From a virus (lineage: Duplodnaviria; Caudoviricetes): 24,173 nucleotides of DNA. Of this stretch, positions 6,857 through 16,182 are shown one piece after another. The stretch lies in IMG/VR virus record IMGVR_UViG_3300025083_003778, positions 1 through 24,173 of that record; one strand, 5' to 3'. A program made the translations under genes and the position numbers. Under the pieces are notes generated by a model, which saw nothing but the letters and a program-made list of their open reading frames with translations, ran no database searches and had not been told where the DNA came from. The first letter of the stretch is position 1; each line of letters begins with the position of its first letter.

Positions 6857-7897
6857 ATGTCAGATAACAATAATAGCTACGAATGGCTTGGAGATGATGA
6901 GCTTTCCGGTGAGAAAGATCAAATTGCTAGAGAGATTATGGGCAGTGAATCTGCTAGTGGATATGTTCCCCCTTTACGAGTGTATGATAATACCGTAAAA
7001 GCAGATAAGAAATATATATCCTCACTACCCGATCTCCAAAATGGACCGTCAAGCTTAATTCAAGGTTCAGCTGTACCTATTCAGCAAGTAGGTATTCATA
7101 ACTTTAGATTACCGTTAACCTATAAAAAGAGAAGTGGTGATACAATTACTTTAGAAACTTCTGTAACTGGTAGTGTTAGTTTAGAAGCTCATAAAAAGGG
7201 TATTAATATGTCCCGTGTAATGCGGTCTTTTTATGATCATAAAGATGAAGTATTTTCTATTAGTAAAATTAAGGAAGTATTAGAGTCTTATAAAAATAAT
7301 TTAGAATGCTTCGATTCACGTATTATGCTTAAAATCTCTTATCCTATTAAACAAGAAAGTTTACGTAGTGGTTTAGAAGGTTATCAGTACTATGATGTTG
7401 TATTTGAGGGTGACTTAACTAAAGACGGTGAATTTAAGAAGTATATTCACTTTGATTTTGTATATTCTTCTGCTTGTCCTTGTTCTTTTGAGCTTAGTGA
7501 ACACGCTGAAAAGTACCGTAATCGTGCAACTGTACCTCATTCGCAACGATCTGTTGCGCGTGTTAGTGTTAAGTTCGACGATATGCTTTGGATAGAAGAT
7601 CTTCAAGAGTTATGCTTAGCTGCATTACGGACAGAAACTCAGGTAATGGTTAAAAGAGAAGATGAGCAAGCTTTTGCAGAGATGAACGGATCATACCTAA
7701 AATTTGTAGAAGATGCAGTTCGGCTTCTTTATCAAAATCTTTCAAATGATAAGCGCATTACTGACTTTAAAGTGGTTGCATCTCATAACGAATCACTACA
7801 CAGTCATAATGCTGTATCGGTAATCGTAAAGGGTGTACCTGGTGGATTTACAGCAGGAGTTGCGCGTGATGTATTTGAGTCTACTGGCTTGAGATAA
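6857..7897 (+). CDS. folE2: GTP cyclohydrolase IB (FolE2)
   Basis: LPDLQNG, IQQVGI, KGINMSR, SSACPCS, HSQRS, VKREDEQAFAE, FVEDAVR and ESLHSHNA motifs. Confidence 0.93.
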   Translation: MSDNNNSYEWLGDDELSGEKDQIAREIMGSESASGYVPPLRVYDNTVKADKKYISSLPDLQNGPSSLIQGSAVPIQQVGIHNFRLPLTYKKRSGDTITLETSVTGSVSLEAHKKGINMSRVMRSFYDHKDEVFSISKIKEVLESYKNNLECFDSRIMLKISYPIKQESLRSGLEGYQYYDVVFEGDLTKDGEFKKYIHFDFVYSSACPCSFELSEHAEKYRNRATVPHSQRSVARVSVKFDDMLWIEDLQELCLAALRTETQVMVKREDEQAFAEMNGSYLKFVEDAVRLLYQNLSNDKRITDFKVVASHNESLHSHNAVSVIVKGVPGGFTAGVARDVFESTGLR

Positions 7898-7918
7898 CAT
7901 ACTTGTTATTAACATACC

Positions 7919-7952
7919 GAGCCTCTCTTTTGCTTTGGTGAGAGAGAGGCTC
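7919..7952 (+). promoter_or_regulatory. strong RNA hairpin between folE2 and HNH (terminator-like or RBS-sequestering)
   Basis: GAGCCTCTCT (7919-7928) pairs perfectly with AGAGAGGCTC (7943-7952), extendable with G-U pairs to ~15 bp around a TTTG loop; only a weak U-tract follows. Confidence 0.65.
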
Positions 7953-7962
7953 ATGTTTATAG

Positions 7963-8562
7963 ATGAAAGACTATACTCTTATTCTCAATAAATATTACTA
8001 TCCTATTAACGTCGATGATTATAAGCGTGTGTTTACAAATATAGCGACAGGCTCTCAACTACCATTAGATATACATTACGAAGTAAATGAGGATGGGTCT
8101 ACTAACTTTGAAAATATCAACTTTTGGAATATTATCAAGTCTATCGATGTATGGATGGATCTTCCAATTAGACCTTATGATAATTTTATTCATACTGTTA
8201 ACGGTCCTGTACGGCTTCCTACTGTAGTTTTATGTTCCTCTTATAAAGGTATAATGCACAAAAAAGCAAAGTTTCCAACAAAGAAAAACATATGGGAAAG
8301 AGACAAATATACTTGTGTGTATACTGGAAAAAAATTACAAAAGTCTGAACTAAGTGTTGACCATGTTTATCCGAGAAGTAGAGGTGGAAAAGATACATGG
8401 GATAATTTAGTAACATGTGATAAATTATTGAATTCAAAGAAAAGTAATAAACTACTTTCCGAGACTAATCTTAAAATGAGATATAAACCCTTTAAACCAG
8501 CTGATGGTTATAAATTCGAAATATACAGAGAGGAGTGGCATTCCTTCCTTGCAAATTTTTGA
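7963..8562 (+). CDS. HNH endonuclease (McrA/HNH_5-like)
   Basis: N-terminal LILNKYYYPI; NIWERDKYTCVYTG; SVDHVYPRSRGGKDTWDNLVTC...NSKKSNK. Confidence 0.88.
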   Translation: MKDYTLILNKYYYPINVDDYKRVFTNIATGSQLPLDIHYEVNEDGSTNFENINFWNIIKSIDVWMDLPIRPYDNFIHTVNGPVRLPTVVLCSSYKGIMHKKAKFPTKKNIWERDKYTCVYTGKKLQKSELSVDHVYPRSRGGKDTWDNLVTCDKLLNSKKSNKLLSETNLKMRYKPFKPADGYKFEIYREEWHSFLANF

Positions 8563-8569
8563 AAACTAG

Positions 8570-8575
8570 TAAATA
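8570..8575 (+). promoter_or_regulatory. T4-late-like promoter core TAAATA
   Basis: 5 nt before ATG 8581, same geometry as 1350 and 2830. Confidence 0.55.
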
Positions 8576-8580
8576 AAATT

Positions 8581-9348
8581 ATGAGAATAGCTTTTAGTGG
8601 TACTGCTAATTCAGGTAAAACGACTCTGTTGAAGAGTTTTCTCTATACGTGGAGTAATTTTATTACACCGGAAAAAACTTATAGGGATATGCTTATCGAG
8701 AAGGAACTTGATCATTCATCTTCTACGACAACCGAAACACAAAGTGAAGTTATGAACTTTATGGTTGATCAACTACTCGAAAATAGTAAGGAGCCTAACG
8801 TGGTATATGATAGATGTCCTTTAGATTCTTTAGCTTATACATTATGGAGTAATGATAAAGGTAAAGAGGACTTTACTAGAGAGTTTGTTACACAGCAAAT
8901 TAATCTCTGTAAAGAATCATTAAGGCATTTAGATATAATTTTTGTATGTAAGTTTGATGAAAAACAAGGGGTAGAAAATAATGGTTCAAGAGATGCTGAT
9001 CTTCAATATATTAAAGAAGTGGATAATATTTTCGATTCTTTATATCAGCAGTATATGCAAAACCCACAAGCAGATATTTTTTATCCAAAGGATGATTCAC
9101 CTGCGGTTATATTATTACCAAACGATGCGCAAGCTCGTGTCGATTTAATTGCAGAATATATTACTCCTGAAGGTGGAATGTATGGTGATGAGCACTCTAT
9201 TCTCAACCCGGATAATCTAGATGAGTTAGAAGCGCTTGTTAAACAACAACAATTTGCTCTAGATAAAGAAACAAAAGAGAAAGAACTGTTTGCAAAATTT
9301 GGAATAAAAGATGATGATAGGGGTAGCAATTATAACCTGCAACCGTGA
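8581..9348 (+). CDS. P-loop NTPase, AAA_28 / nucleotide-kinase-like
   Basis: MRIAFSGTANSGKTT Walker A; VYDRCPLDSLAY motif typical of NadR/dNMP-kinase-like proteins. Confidence 0.8.
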   Translation: MRIAFSGTANSGKTTLLKSFLYTWSNFITPEKTYRDMLIEKELDHSSSTTTETQSEVMNFMVDQLLENSKEPNVVYDRCPLDSLAYTLWSNDKGKEDFTREFVTQQINLCKESLRHLDIIFVCKFDEKQGVENNGSRDADLQYIKEVDNIFDSLYQQYMQNPQADIFYPKDDSPAVILLPNDAQARVDLIAEYITPEGGMYGDEHSILNPDNLDELEALVKQQQFALDKETKEKELFAKFGIKDDDRGSNYNLQP

Positions 9349-10093
9349 AGACATGTATCGAGTTTGTATGGACTCGATACATGATGATTGGTATAATGAG
9401 ATCGTTACTGTTAATGACGGTAAAGGTATAGAATGTACAAAAGGGGAGTATATTGAAACAGGTGGTGGTGTAGGTGTGGGTAAGGCTAAAAATATAGCTA
9501 TGCAACATCTACTAGATAAGGGCTGTGAGTATATTATTTTAGTTGAAGATGATATGCGATTCAAAAAGGATATATTTAAAGCTTATATTAGAGCATCACA
9601 AATAACCGGTATACAGCACTTCATGTTTGGTTATCACGGACCTGCCAATAAAGCTGGTATTAGTGGCGGTAAACCAGTACCTAGATTGGTAGTTGACTAT
9701 GGACCATTTGATGAAGTCCGTATTGCTCTTAATCAGCATTGCGTTGGTGCTGTAACTTTTTATACAAAGGAATCATTAAAAGAGGTAGGCCTGCATGATG
9801 AAAACTATACTAATGCTTTTGAGCATGTAGATCATTCATATATGTTAGCTAAAAAAGGGTATAGCACTCCGTATTGGTGGTGGTCGGATCTTGCTGATAG
9901 TTTAGACTACGTTGAAGAGCAGGCCTGTTCTGAGGATAACTCTGCAATTAGACCACGAAGTGATTGGCAGAGTAATATACAAAAATCAGCTAGACATTTT
10001 GTTAATAAGCATGGTATTAGCCCGGTTAGTGTAAGTGATACACCCGTTGCAGATATTATACTTACTCTCAAAAAAATTAAAAATACAGTATGA
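9311..10093 (+). CDS. glycosyltransferase family 2 (GT-A)
   Basis: IGVAIITCNR, VTVND, GVGKAKN, LVEDD and VGLHDENY..AFEHVD motifs; start could be 9314. Confidence 0.85.
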   Translation: MMIGVAIITCNREDMYRVCMDSIHDDWYNEIVTVNDGKGIECTKGEYIETGGGVGVGKAKNIAMQHLLDKGCEYIILVEDDMRFKKDIFKAYIRASQITGIQHFMFGYHGPANKAGISGGKPVPRLVVDYGPFDEVRIALNQHCVGAVTFYTKESLKEVGLHDENYTNAFEHVDHSYMLAKKGYSTPYWWWSDLADSLDYVEEQACSEDNSAIRPRSDWQSNIQKSARHFVNKHGISPVSVSDTPVADIILTLKKIKNTV

Positions 10094-10821
10094 AAATATC
10101 TCTTTTATGCCCTAGTCGAGAAAGGTTAAATAAGTTTTTAACGTTTACAAGTAGTGTTTTTACTACTTGTAAAAATATTAACAATGTAGAGTTAGTATTA
10201 GGAGTGGATACAGACGACCCTAAAAAGGAATCGTATAAACGTATAGCAAATAATTTAAATTTTATAAAGTATATTGAGCTATCTGAAGGTCTATTCAAAG
10301 CAGAAGGACTATCAGGTATATGGAATCAAATGGCCGCAGACTGTACCGGCGACCTGGTAGCTATGGTTGGTGATGATATGATTTTTCAGACTACAGATTG
10401 GGATGAAAAAATAATCGAAACATTTAACTCGAAGCAAGATAATATTTACCTTGTACATTGTAATGATGGTATGAGAGGTCCGGGTAATAAGTATGTCAAT
10501 GTACCTCCTTTAGCTGTAAATTCTTTTGTTCATAAAGATTATATTAATACTGTTGGTAGGTATGTACAGACTGAGATAAAGGAAATTTTTCAAGATACGT
10601 TTCTTGATACACTTTTTAATTCTATTGATAGAAAGATATATTATCATGATATTATGATAAAGCATATACATTTCTCTGAAGGTGGAACGTTAGATAAGAC
10701 GGCTGAAGCTTTGGAAGAAACCCGGGAAGGTATATGGGATGATAATGAGTTATTTGAAAGAGTATTAGGACCGGTAATTAGAAAAGAAATAGATCTCTTA
10801 AAAGAAAAATTTAATATATGA
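10090..10821 (+). CDS. glycosyltransferase, GT-A / family 2-like
   Basis: MKISLLCPSRER, GVDTDD, GIWNQMA..CTGDLVAMVGDDM and FQDTFL motifs; ATGA coupling. Confidence 0.8.
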   Translation: MKISLLCPSRERLNKFLTFTSSVFTTCKNINNVELVLGVDTDDPKKESYKRIANNLNFIKYIELSEGLFKAEGLSGIWNQMAADCTGDLVAMVGDDMIFQTTDWDEKIIETFNSKQDNIYLVHCNDGMRGPGNKYVNVPPLAVNSFVHKDYINTVGRYVQTEIKEIFQDTFLDTLFNSIDRKIYYHDIMIKHIHFSEGGTLDKTAEALEETREGIWDDNELFERVLGPVIRKEIDLLKEKFNI

Positions 10822-11477
10822 AAGTATATACCCATTATAGTGAATCACATAAGGACTTATATGAAAATTATTTCAAAAAGTCTTTACGGGAGCTATATAC
10901 TAAAGATGAACTAGCTATAAGGTCTGCTTGTCATAAGCAGACTACGTCTTCAGGATCATTTATGGAGGCTGGTTGGCTCGAGTCCATGAAATATAAACTT
11001 GAAGTTATATTAAAAGCAATAGAAGAAAATAAAGATGAATATTTTATTTTTTCAGATGTAGATATTGTCTTTTATAATAGGTTTGTTGATGATTTGTTAG
11101 AAAGTGTAAAGGGTTATGATATAGCTTGTCAAGAGGATTGTGGATCCTTATGCGCAGGGTTTTTCATCGCTAAAGGTAATAATAAGAATTTAGAGCTCTT
11201 TACTAAAATTTATAAAACATTTAGACAGTTAGTTAATGATCAGGTAGCATTAAACCACTACAAAGACGATGTTAACTATAAACTTCTAGATAAGAATAAG
11301 TATTATACTATTGGTAATTTTTATGACAATCCGGATGGTACACATGTATGGGACAATAGTACTAATATTATACCACCTAAGAGTATAAAAATGCACCATG
11401 CTAATTATGTAGTAGGTGTAGAGGGTAAAACTAAACTAATTAACTTAATTAAAACTAATTATGAAAGTTTGGTATGA
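10818..11477 (+). CDS. nucleotide-diphospho-sugar transferase (GT77-like)
   Basis: FIFSDVDIVF (DxD), CAGFF, NDQVALN and HHANY..G...K motifs. Confidence 0.78.
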   Translation: MKVYTHYSESHKDLYENYFKKSLRELYTKDELAIRSACHKQTTSSGSFMEAGWLESMKYKLEVILKAIEENKDEYFIFSDVDIVFYNRFVDDLLESVKGYDIACQEDCGSLCAGFFIAKGNNKNLELFTKIYKTFRQLVNDQVALNHYKDDVNYKLLDKNKYYTIGNFYDNPDGTHVWDNSTNIIPPKSIKMHHANYVVGVEGKTKLINLIKTNYESLV

Positions 11478-12360
11478 TAAGGAAAATATATGCTTAAGTA
11501 ATTTTATATCTGAAAAATTTTTATTTTTACCTCTTTTTAGTAATAAAGTTATAAGCCAGAATAATGATTTTAAAAACAATAAATGGTTACCGTATATTAA
11601 TTCCGTAGTAGAATATTGTAGTATTGAAAACGCAGACTGTATAGTTTATCATGATAAACTAAATAAAAAAATATTACCATTTTTAAAAAAGTATAGAGAT
11701 TTTAAAAAACCAGTAATTACCTTTTTTAATGACGATAACGACGTATCTATAAGCGATACACTACCCGCAAATTTATTAGTTTATAGAACCTCTATCAACA
11801 AAACAAAACAGAAAACAAATGAGATACCTATGCCAGCTTGGAGTAAAGATTTTGGCGTATCGAAAATACGGACACACTCTAAAAAGCCGATTGTTAGTTT
11901 TTGTGGTGCCATTACACACCCCGTAAGGTATAGTTGTATTGAGAGATTAAAGGGAAGTAGTGATATAGAAACTAGCTTTATTATAAGAAGTGCGTTTTGG
12001 GGTGGTAATCCACATGGTGAAAATCTTCGCGAAGAGTATAAATCTAATATGAAAAGTAGTGATCTAGTATTATGCTGCCGCGGCGCAGGTAATTTTTCCT
12101 TTAGATTATATGAAACACTTTCTTGCGGTAAAGTACCAATTATTCTAGATACAGATATCGCACTTCCATGTAATGATGTAATAAATTGGAATAGATTCAT
12201 TATCACTACACCGGAAAATATTGTTAGTGATATAAAGCAATGGTGGAAAAATATGGATGATAACAAATATGCTGAAGTTCAAAGATATAGCCGCTCTATA
12301 TATAAAAAGTATATTAACCCTGCAGGTTTTGCTGAATATATTTCTAATTCTTTAAAATAA
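11461..12360 (+). CDS. exostosin-family (GT47-like) glycosyltransferase
   Basis: SFCG...R and LVLCCRGAGNFSFRLYETLSCGKVPII....LP....I.W motifs. Confidence 0.8.
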   Translation: MKVWYDKENICLSNFISEKFLFLPLFSNKVISQNNDFKNNKWLPYINSVVEYCSIENADCIVYHDKLNKKILPFLKKYRDFKKPVITFFNDDNDVSISDTLPANLLVYRTSINKTKQKTNEIPMPAWSKDFGVSKIRTHSKKPIVSFCGAITHPVRYSCIERLKGSSDIETSFIIRSAFWGGNPHGENLREEYKSNMKSSDLVLCCRGAGNFSFRLYETLSCGKVPIILDTDIALPCNDVINWNRFIITTPENIVSDIKQWWKNMDDNKYAEVQRYSRSIYKKYINPAGFAEYISNSLK

Positions 12361-12364
12361 TAAT

Positions 12365-13135
12365 ATGAAAGTAATCGTACAGTATGATCCGGCAGGTAGA
12401 ATGGGTAATAGAATATTTCAATACGCCTTTGGTTATATTCTTAGTAAACTAAAAAATTGTAGTTTTTATCACGATAGCTTACCTAACTTTAGGATCCCTA
12501 GTAATTTGGCAAATGTAGGTAGTTTAAATAATCATTTAAATACCAGGAGATACGGAGACCAGTATGCAGATATCGATATGCTTGTCAACCATGAAGGTGA
12601 TATTATAGTTGATTCGTGGGTACAAAAAAGTAGATTCTATATAGATTATAGAGAGGAATTAAAAAATCTTTTCAATGTAAAAGATACAATAGTTAATAAA
12701 GATAAGCTTGTATTACACATTAGAGAGACGGATTATATTACAATAAATGCATTCTTAGGTTATGATTACTATAAAAAATTAATTAGTGATAGTAATTTTA
12801 AAGAAGTTATTATAGTAACTGATAATTCAAAAAGTGAGACTGTACGAAAACTTATAAAAGAAGATGGCTGTACTTTAAGTACTGAAGGTGTGGTTGACAC
12901 CTTTACAGTTCATAGTGATTCCAGAGCTATGGATGATTTTAAGACACTAATGTATAGTGAAAATATAGCTATTTCACAATCTAGTTTTTCGTGGTGGGCG
13001 GCTTTTTTAGGTAATCATAAAAAAATAATATTTCCATTTAAAACCGGTGTAGATTGGTGGCCGATGGATCCAGGTAAAGATGATATCGACCTATATTTTA
13101 ATATTGATAAAATAACACAAAAGTATATAATATAG
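12365..13135 (+). CDS. GT11-like (alpha-1,2-fucosyltransferase fold) glycosyltransferase
   Basis: GRMGNRIFQYA, LHIRETDY, IIVTDN and SSFSWWAAFL motifs. Confidence 0.82.
   Translation: MKVIVQYDPAGRMGNRIFQYAFGYILSKLKNCSFYHDSLPNFRIPSNLANVGSLNNHLNTRRYGDQYADIDMLVNHEGDIIVDSWVQKSRFYIDYREELKNLFNVKDTIVNKDKLVLHIRETDYITINAFLGYDYYKKLISDSNFKEVIIVTDNSKSETVRKLIKEDGCTLSTEGVVDTFTVHSDSRAMDDFKTLMYSENIAISQSSFSWWAAFLGNHKKIIFPFKTGVDWWPMDPGKDDIDLYFNIDKITQKYII
13104..13131 (+). promoter_or_regulatory. sigma70-like promoter TTGATA-N16-TATAAT inside the end of the GT11 gene
   Basis: Hexamers, spacing and 8-nt distance to ATG 13140 are identical to the folE2 promoter. Confidence 0.6.
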
Positions 13136-13139
13136 CAAG

Positions 13140-14006
13140 ATGGAAATTAACTTTAAAAATCTTAGAATACCTCTAGATCATCCCACCTACCCTCCATACC
13201 ATAGCGGGTATTATATGGAAGAGTATTTCTATAATTTTTATTTAGATAATAAAGAAGAGTTTGATAGTATTGGCTATACACTTATACCAATCTTTTGGAC
13301 TAATGTTTATATAATGGAGACAAAAGGTGTTAATCGTAGACGTCTTATCCAACCTTATCTAGATGCGTTACCTGACACTAAGTATTTTACAGTATCACAA
13401 CACGACGATGCAGTAGCTGAGACATTACCAGCTGGTACTATTTCTTTCGAAGGTGGTGGAAATGGTAGCGGGATACCTTTACCGTTAATTTGCTCAAAAC
13501 TACCAATAGCTTTTGATAAAAAAGTCAAAAAAGATATATTTTGTTCTTTTGTAGGGTCAAATACACATCCAATACGGGATAACATAAAGCAAATGTATAA
13601 TTCTGATAAAGATTTCGAATTGCACATGAAGCCGTGGACAGATACTATACCACAAAATCAATTAGAGTTTTTTATAGACGTCACAACCAGATCTAAATTT
13701 TCACTATGCCCTAGAGGGTATGGTGCACAGAGCTTTAGATTTTATGAAATTTTACAATTAAATTCTATACCGGTTATAGTTTATGATAAAGAGTGGTTAC
13801 CTTTTAAGGATGAAATAGATTATAAGTCGTTTTGTGTTTTAGTTGAGGCTAGTGAAATACCAACACTTAAAGATAAGTTATTAAGTATATCACAAGATAC
13901 ACAAGTTAGAATGTTGGAGCGAGGTAAAACAATTTACAATAAGTACTTTACTCTTGAAGGTATGTCAAAGCAAATTCTGAAAACACTTAAAAGTTATGAA
14001 AAGTGA
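13140..14006 (+). CDS. exostosin-family (GT47-like) glycosyltransferase
   Basis: KDIFCSFVGS.THPIR and SKFSLCPRGYGAQSFRFYEILQLNSIPVIV...WLPF...IDY motifs. Confidence 0.85.
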   Translation: MEINFKNLRIPLDHPTYPPYHSGYYMEEYFYNFYLDNKEEFDSIGYTLIPIFWTNVYIMETKGVNRRRLIQPYLDALPDTKYFTVSQHDDAVAETLPAGTISFEGGGNGSGIPLPLICSKLPIAFDKKVKKDIFCSFVGSNTHPIRDNIKQMYNSDKDFELHMKPWTDTIPQNQLEFFIDVTTRSKFSLCPRGYGAQSFRFYEILQLNSIPVIVYDKEWLPFKDEIDYKSFCVLVEASEIPTLKDKLLSISQDTQVRMLERGKTIYNKYFTLEGMSKQILKTLKSYEK

Positions 14007-14766
14007 TAAGTTTGACTTAGGTATGATTTATTCCACTGAATATCTAAATGGGCCGACGCAAGTAGAGGATTGGAATAGAATAAAAGAGGTATATAATAGC
14101 TATATAAATAGCGAACCGCGTGATTCTGTAATACCTAAAATAATACATCAAATATGGCTTGGTGGAGATTTACCGGATAAACAAAAAAATGCATGCCGCG
14201 ATATACAAGCAGTTTGTAACGAAAACGGTTGGAGTTATAGACTGTGGAGAGATAGTGATGTTTTGGAGTTAGGAGACTTTAAAAATAAAGAGCTTTTTAA
14301 TAGTACGCCAAACTTGGGCCAAAAATCTGATATACTTAGAAACATTATCCTACATAAGTATGGTGGAGTCTATCTTGATACTGATTATATTATAGTAAAG
14401 CTTTTTGACGATTTATTAGATTTAGACTTTTTTTGTGGAGTATGTTTTGACAATTGGCCTTCCATGTCAAATAGTATAATAGGTACTATACCAGCAGGAG
14501 ATACTATAACAAGTATGCTAACTTACGAGAAGGAGATATCTTGGAACGATGGTATGGCAATAATTGATACTACAGGTCCTTATCATACTACAAGGGCGGC
14601 TTTAAAAAATTTAAGCAGTAAAACTGTTGTTTTTCCTAATTCATATTTTTATCCATACCCGTGTTTTCCACGGTTAAGAGTGAAGGGTACTGATCCTATG
14701 CAATATATTAGCTCGGAAACGTATTGCATACATTTATGGGATGAGAGCTGGAATAAAACCTTCTAA
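13996..14766 (+). CDS. GT32 (DXD sugar-binding, OCH1-like) glycosyltransferase
   Basis: IPKIIHQIWLG, SDILR..ILHKYGGVYLDTD, TGP, YFYP and HLW..SW motifs. Confidence 0.88.
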   Translation: MKSDKFDLGMIYSTEYLNGPTQVEDWNRIKEVYNSYINSEPRDSVIPKIIHQIWLGGDLPDKQKNACRDIQAVCNENGWSYRLWRDSDVLELGDFKNKELFNSTPNLGQKSDILRNIILHKYGGVYLDTDYIIVKLFDDLLDLDFFCGVCFDNWPSMSNSIIGTIPAGDTITSMLTYEKEISWNDGMAIIDTTGPYHTTRAALKNLSSKTVVFPNSYFYPYPCFPRLRVKGTDPMQYISSETYCIHLWDESWNKTF

Positions 14767-14782
14767 GAGGTAAGTAATTAAT

Positions 14783-15406
14783 ATGATGATCGACCTACAT
14801 AGTGCTATTAAGAAGTATGGCATGAATATAACAGGCGTTATACATATTGGAGGACATGTAGGTACAGAATATGATGAGTATAAAAATATTGATAGTATAA
14901 AACATATGGTTTTTTACGAGCCGGATCCTGATAATTTTAAAAAGCTTAAATCTAAGGTCTCAACAGATAAAAGAGCTATATGCATAAATAGAGCTCTAGG
15001 CCCGTTCTCTTGTGAGGCAAATTTACATCGCGAGAGTGGTAATAACGGTCAGTCTAACTCACTACTTGAACCATACAAACATACACATATATACCCAGGT
15101 ATAGTATTTGAAGAAAAGCTAAAAGTTAAAGTTGACCCGCTTGATAAATACCAAACATCACCCATTTTTAATTTTATTAATATGGATGTACAGGGTAGTG
15201 AGCTAAATGTATTACTTGGCGCTTCTAAAACTCTTAACAATATTGATTATGTAATGACAGAGGTTAATAGAGATGAACTATATAAAAATTGTGCATATAT
15301 AGAAGATCTAGATTATTTCTTATCTAAGTATAATCTTGAAAGAGTAGAAGAGGTATGGGATAGAGATAATCCTGTTTGGGGAGATGCGCTATATATTAAA
15401 AAGTGA
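14783..15406 (+). CDS. FkbM-family SAM methyltransferase
   Basis: VIHIGGHVG, FYEP, ALG, SNSLL, NMDVQGSELNVLLGA, TEVN and WGDALY motifs; preceded by the late-like variant TAAGTA 6 nt upstream. Confidence 0.88.
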   Translation: MMIDLHSAIKKYGMNITGVIHIGGHVGTEYDEYKNIDSIKHMVFYEPDPDNFKKLKSKVSTDKRAICINRALGPFSCEANLHRESGNNGQSNSLLEPYKHTHIYPGIVFEEKLKVKVDPLDKYQTSPIFNFINMDVQGSELNVLLGASKTLNNIDYVMTEVNRDELYKNCAYIEDLDYFLSKYNLERVEEVWDRDNPVWGDALYIKK

Positions 15407-16182
15407 TGAAAAAGATTTTATTAGTTGTAGCGTTGTATCCGGATCACATACAATCGGTTTTTAACAAGCATTTATCTCCCCGTAATAAAGAATATGCTAA
15501 TAAGCATGGCTTTGAATATATTGAGATTACTGAAAGAGAGCAAATAAAGCAATCTATACGCGATAGGAGATCTAATCCAAGTTGGACTAACTTTTTAATA
15601 TATGAGGATTGGTTGGATAATAACTTTATAAAAGAAGGCGATAAAATTCTTTCCTTAGATGCAGACATGTACATGGTAGATATAGATAAGGATTTAAGTA
15701 CAAATAAATCATTCTCTTATGCTATCGATTCAGGTAACACGCATTGTATGGGATGGCATAGTCTCACCATAAACAACTGGAGTGAGCAACTTATAAGAAA
15801 TGTAGTTTCAGATGAAAGATATGATAAATTAAAACATATCAACCACCCTAATAGCGGATCATCTTTTTGGGAAATGTTTAGTGAACAAGCTAGCTGGTAT
15901 TCTTTAGCGGGTATTACTATGCATAGTGATGTGTCTTATTTCGATATAGATAATTTTGGATGGAATACAGATACTCAACAACTTCCGTTATATACAATAG
16001 AAGAATTACATCGCAATATAGAGGTTAAAGATACGTCGTATAATGTAACTGAATGGCCGGGAGAAAGTAATTGCGATTATAATATTAATAAACTGGATAA
16101 TGCTGATAAGGTTATATTACGGCATTTCGTGAGTGGTCAATTATGGAACAATGAACCTTTAATAAACAATTGGAAAAAATGA
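15406..16182 (+). CDS. putative GT-A glycosyltransferase (GT34/GMA12-MNN10-like)
   Basis: NKEYANKHGFEY, PSW, LSLDADM, EQAS and ILRHF motifs resemble GT34-type enzymes; start ATG 15406 or GTG 15403. Confidence 0.6.
   Translation: MKKILLVVALYPDHIQSVFNKHLSPRNKEYANKHGFEYIEITEREQIKQSIRDRRSNPSWTNFLIYEDWLDNNFIKEGDKILSLDADMYMVDIDKDLSTNKSFSYAIDSGNTHCMGWHSLTINNWSEQLIRNVVSDERYDKLKHINHPNSGSSFWEMFSEQASWYSLAGITMHSDVSYFDIDNFGWNTDTQQLPLYTIEELHRNIEVKDTSYNVTEWPGESNCDYNINKLDNADKVILRHFVSGQLWNNEPLINNWKK

Noticed and set aside
7898-8580. HNH as an intron- or intein-encoded, or IscB/HEARO-type, element
   Set aside because: Flanking genes are intact, the intergenic space is only 65 bp, and no RuvC motifs or large RNA scaffold are visible.
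11781-12266. 161-aa minus-strand ORF and the other short antisense ORFs (e.g. 134-391, 9081-9564, 13355-13627, 15444-15674)
   Set aside because: Lie within well-supported genes on the opposite strand and show no motifs.
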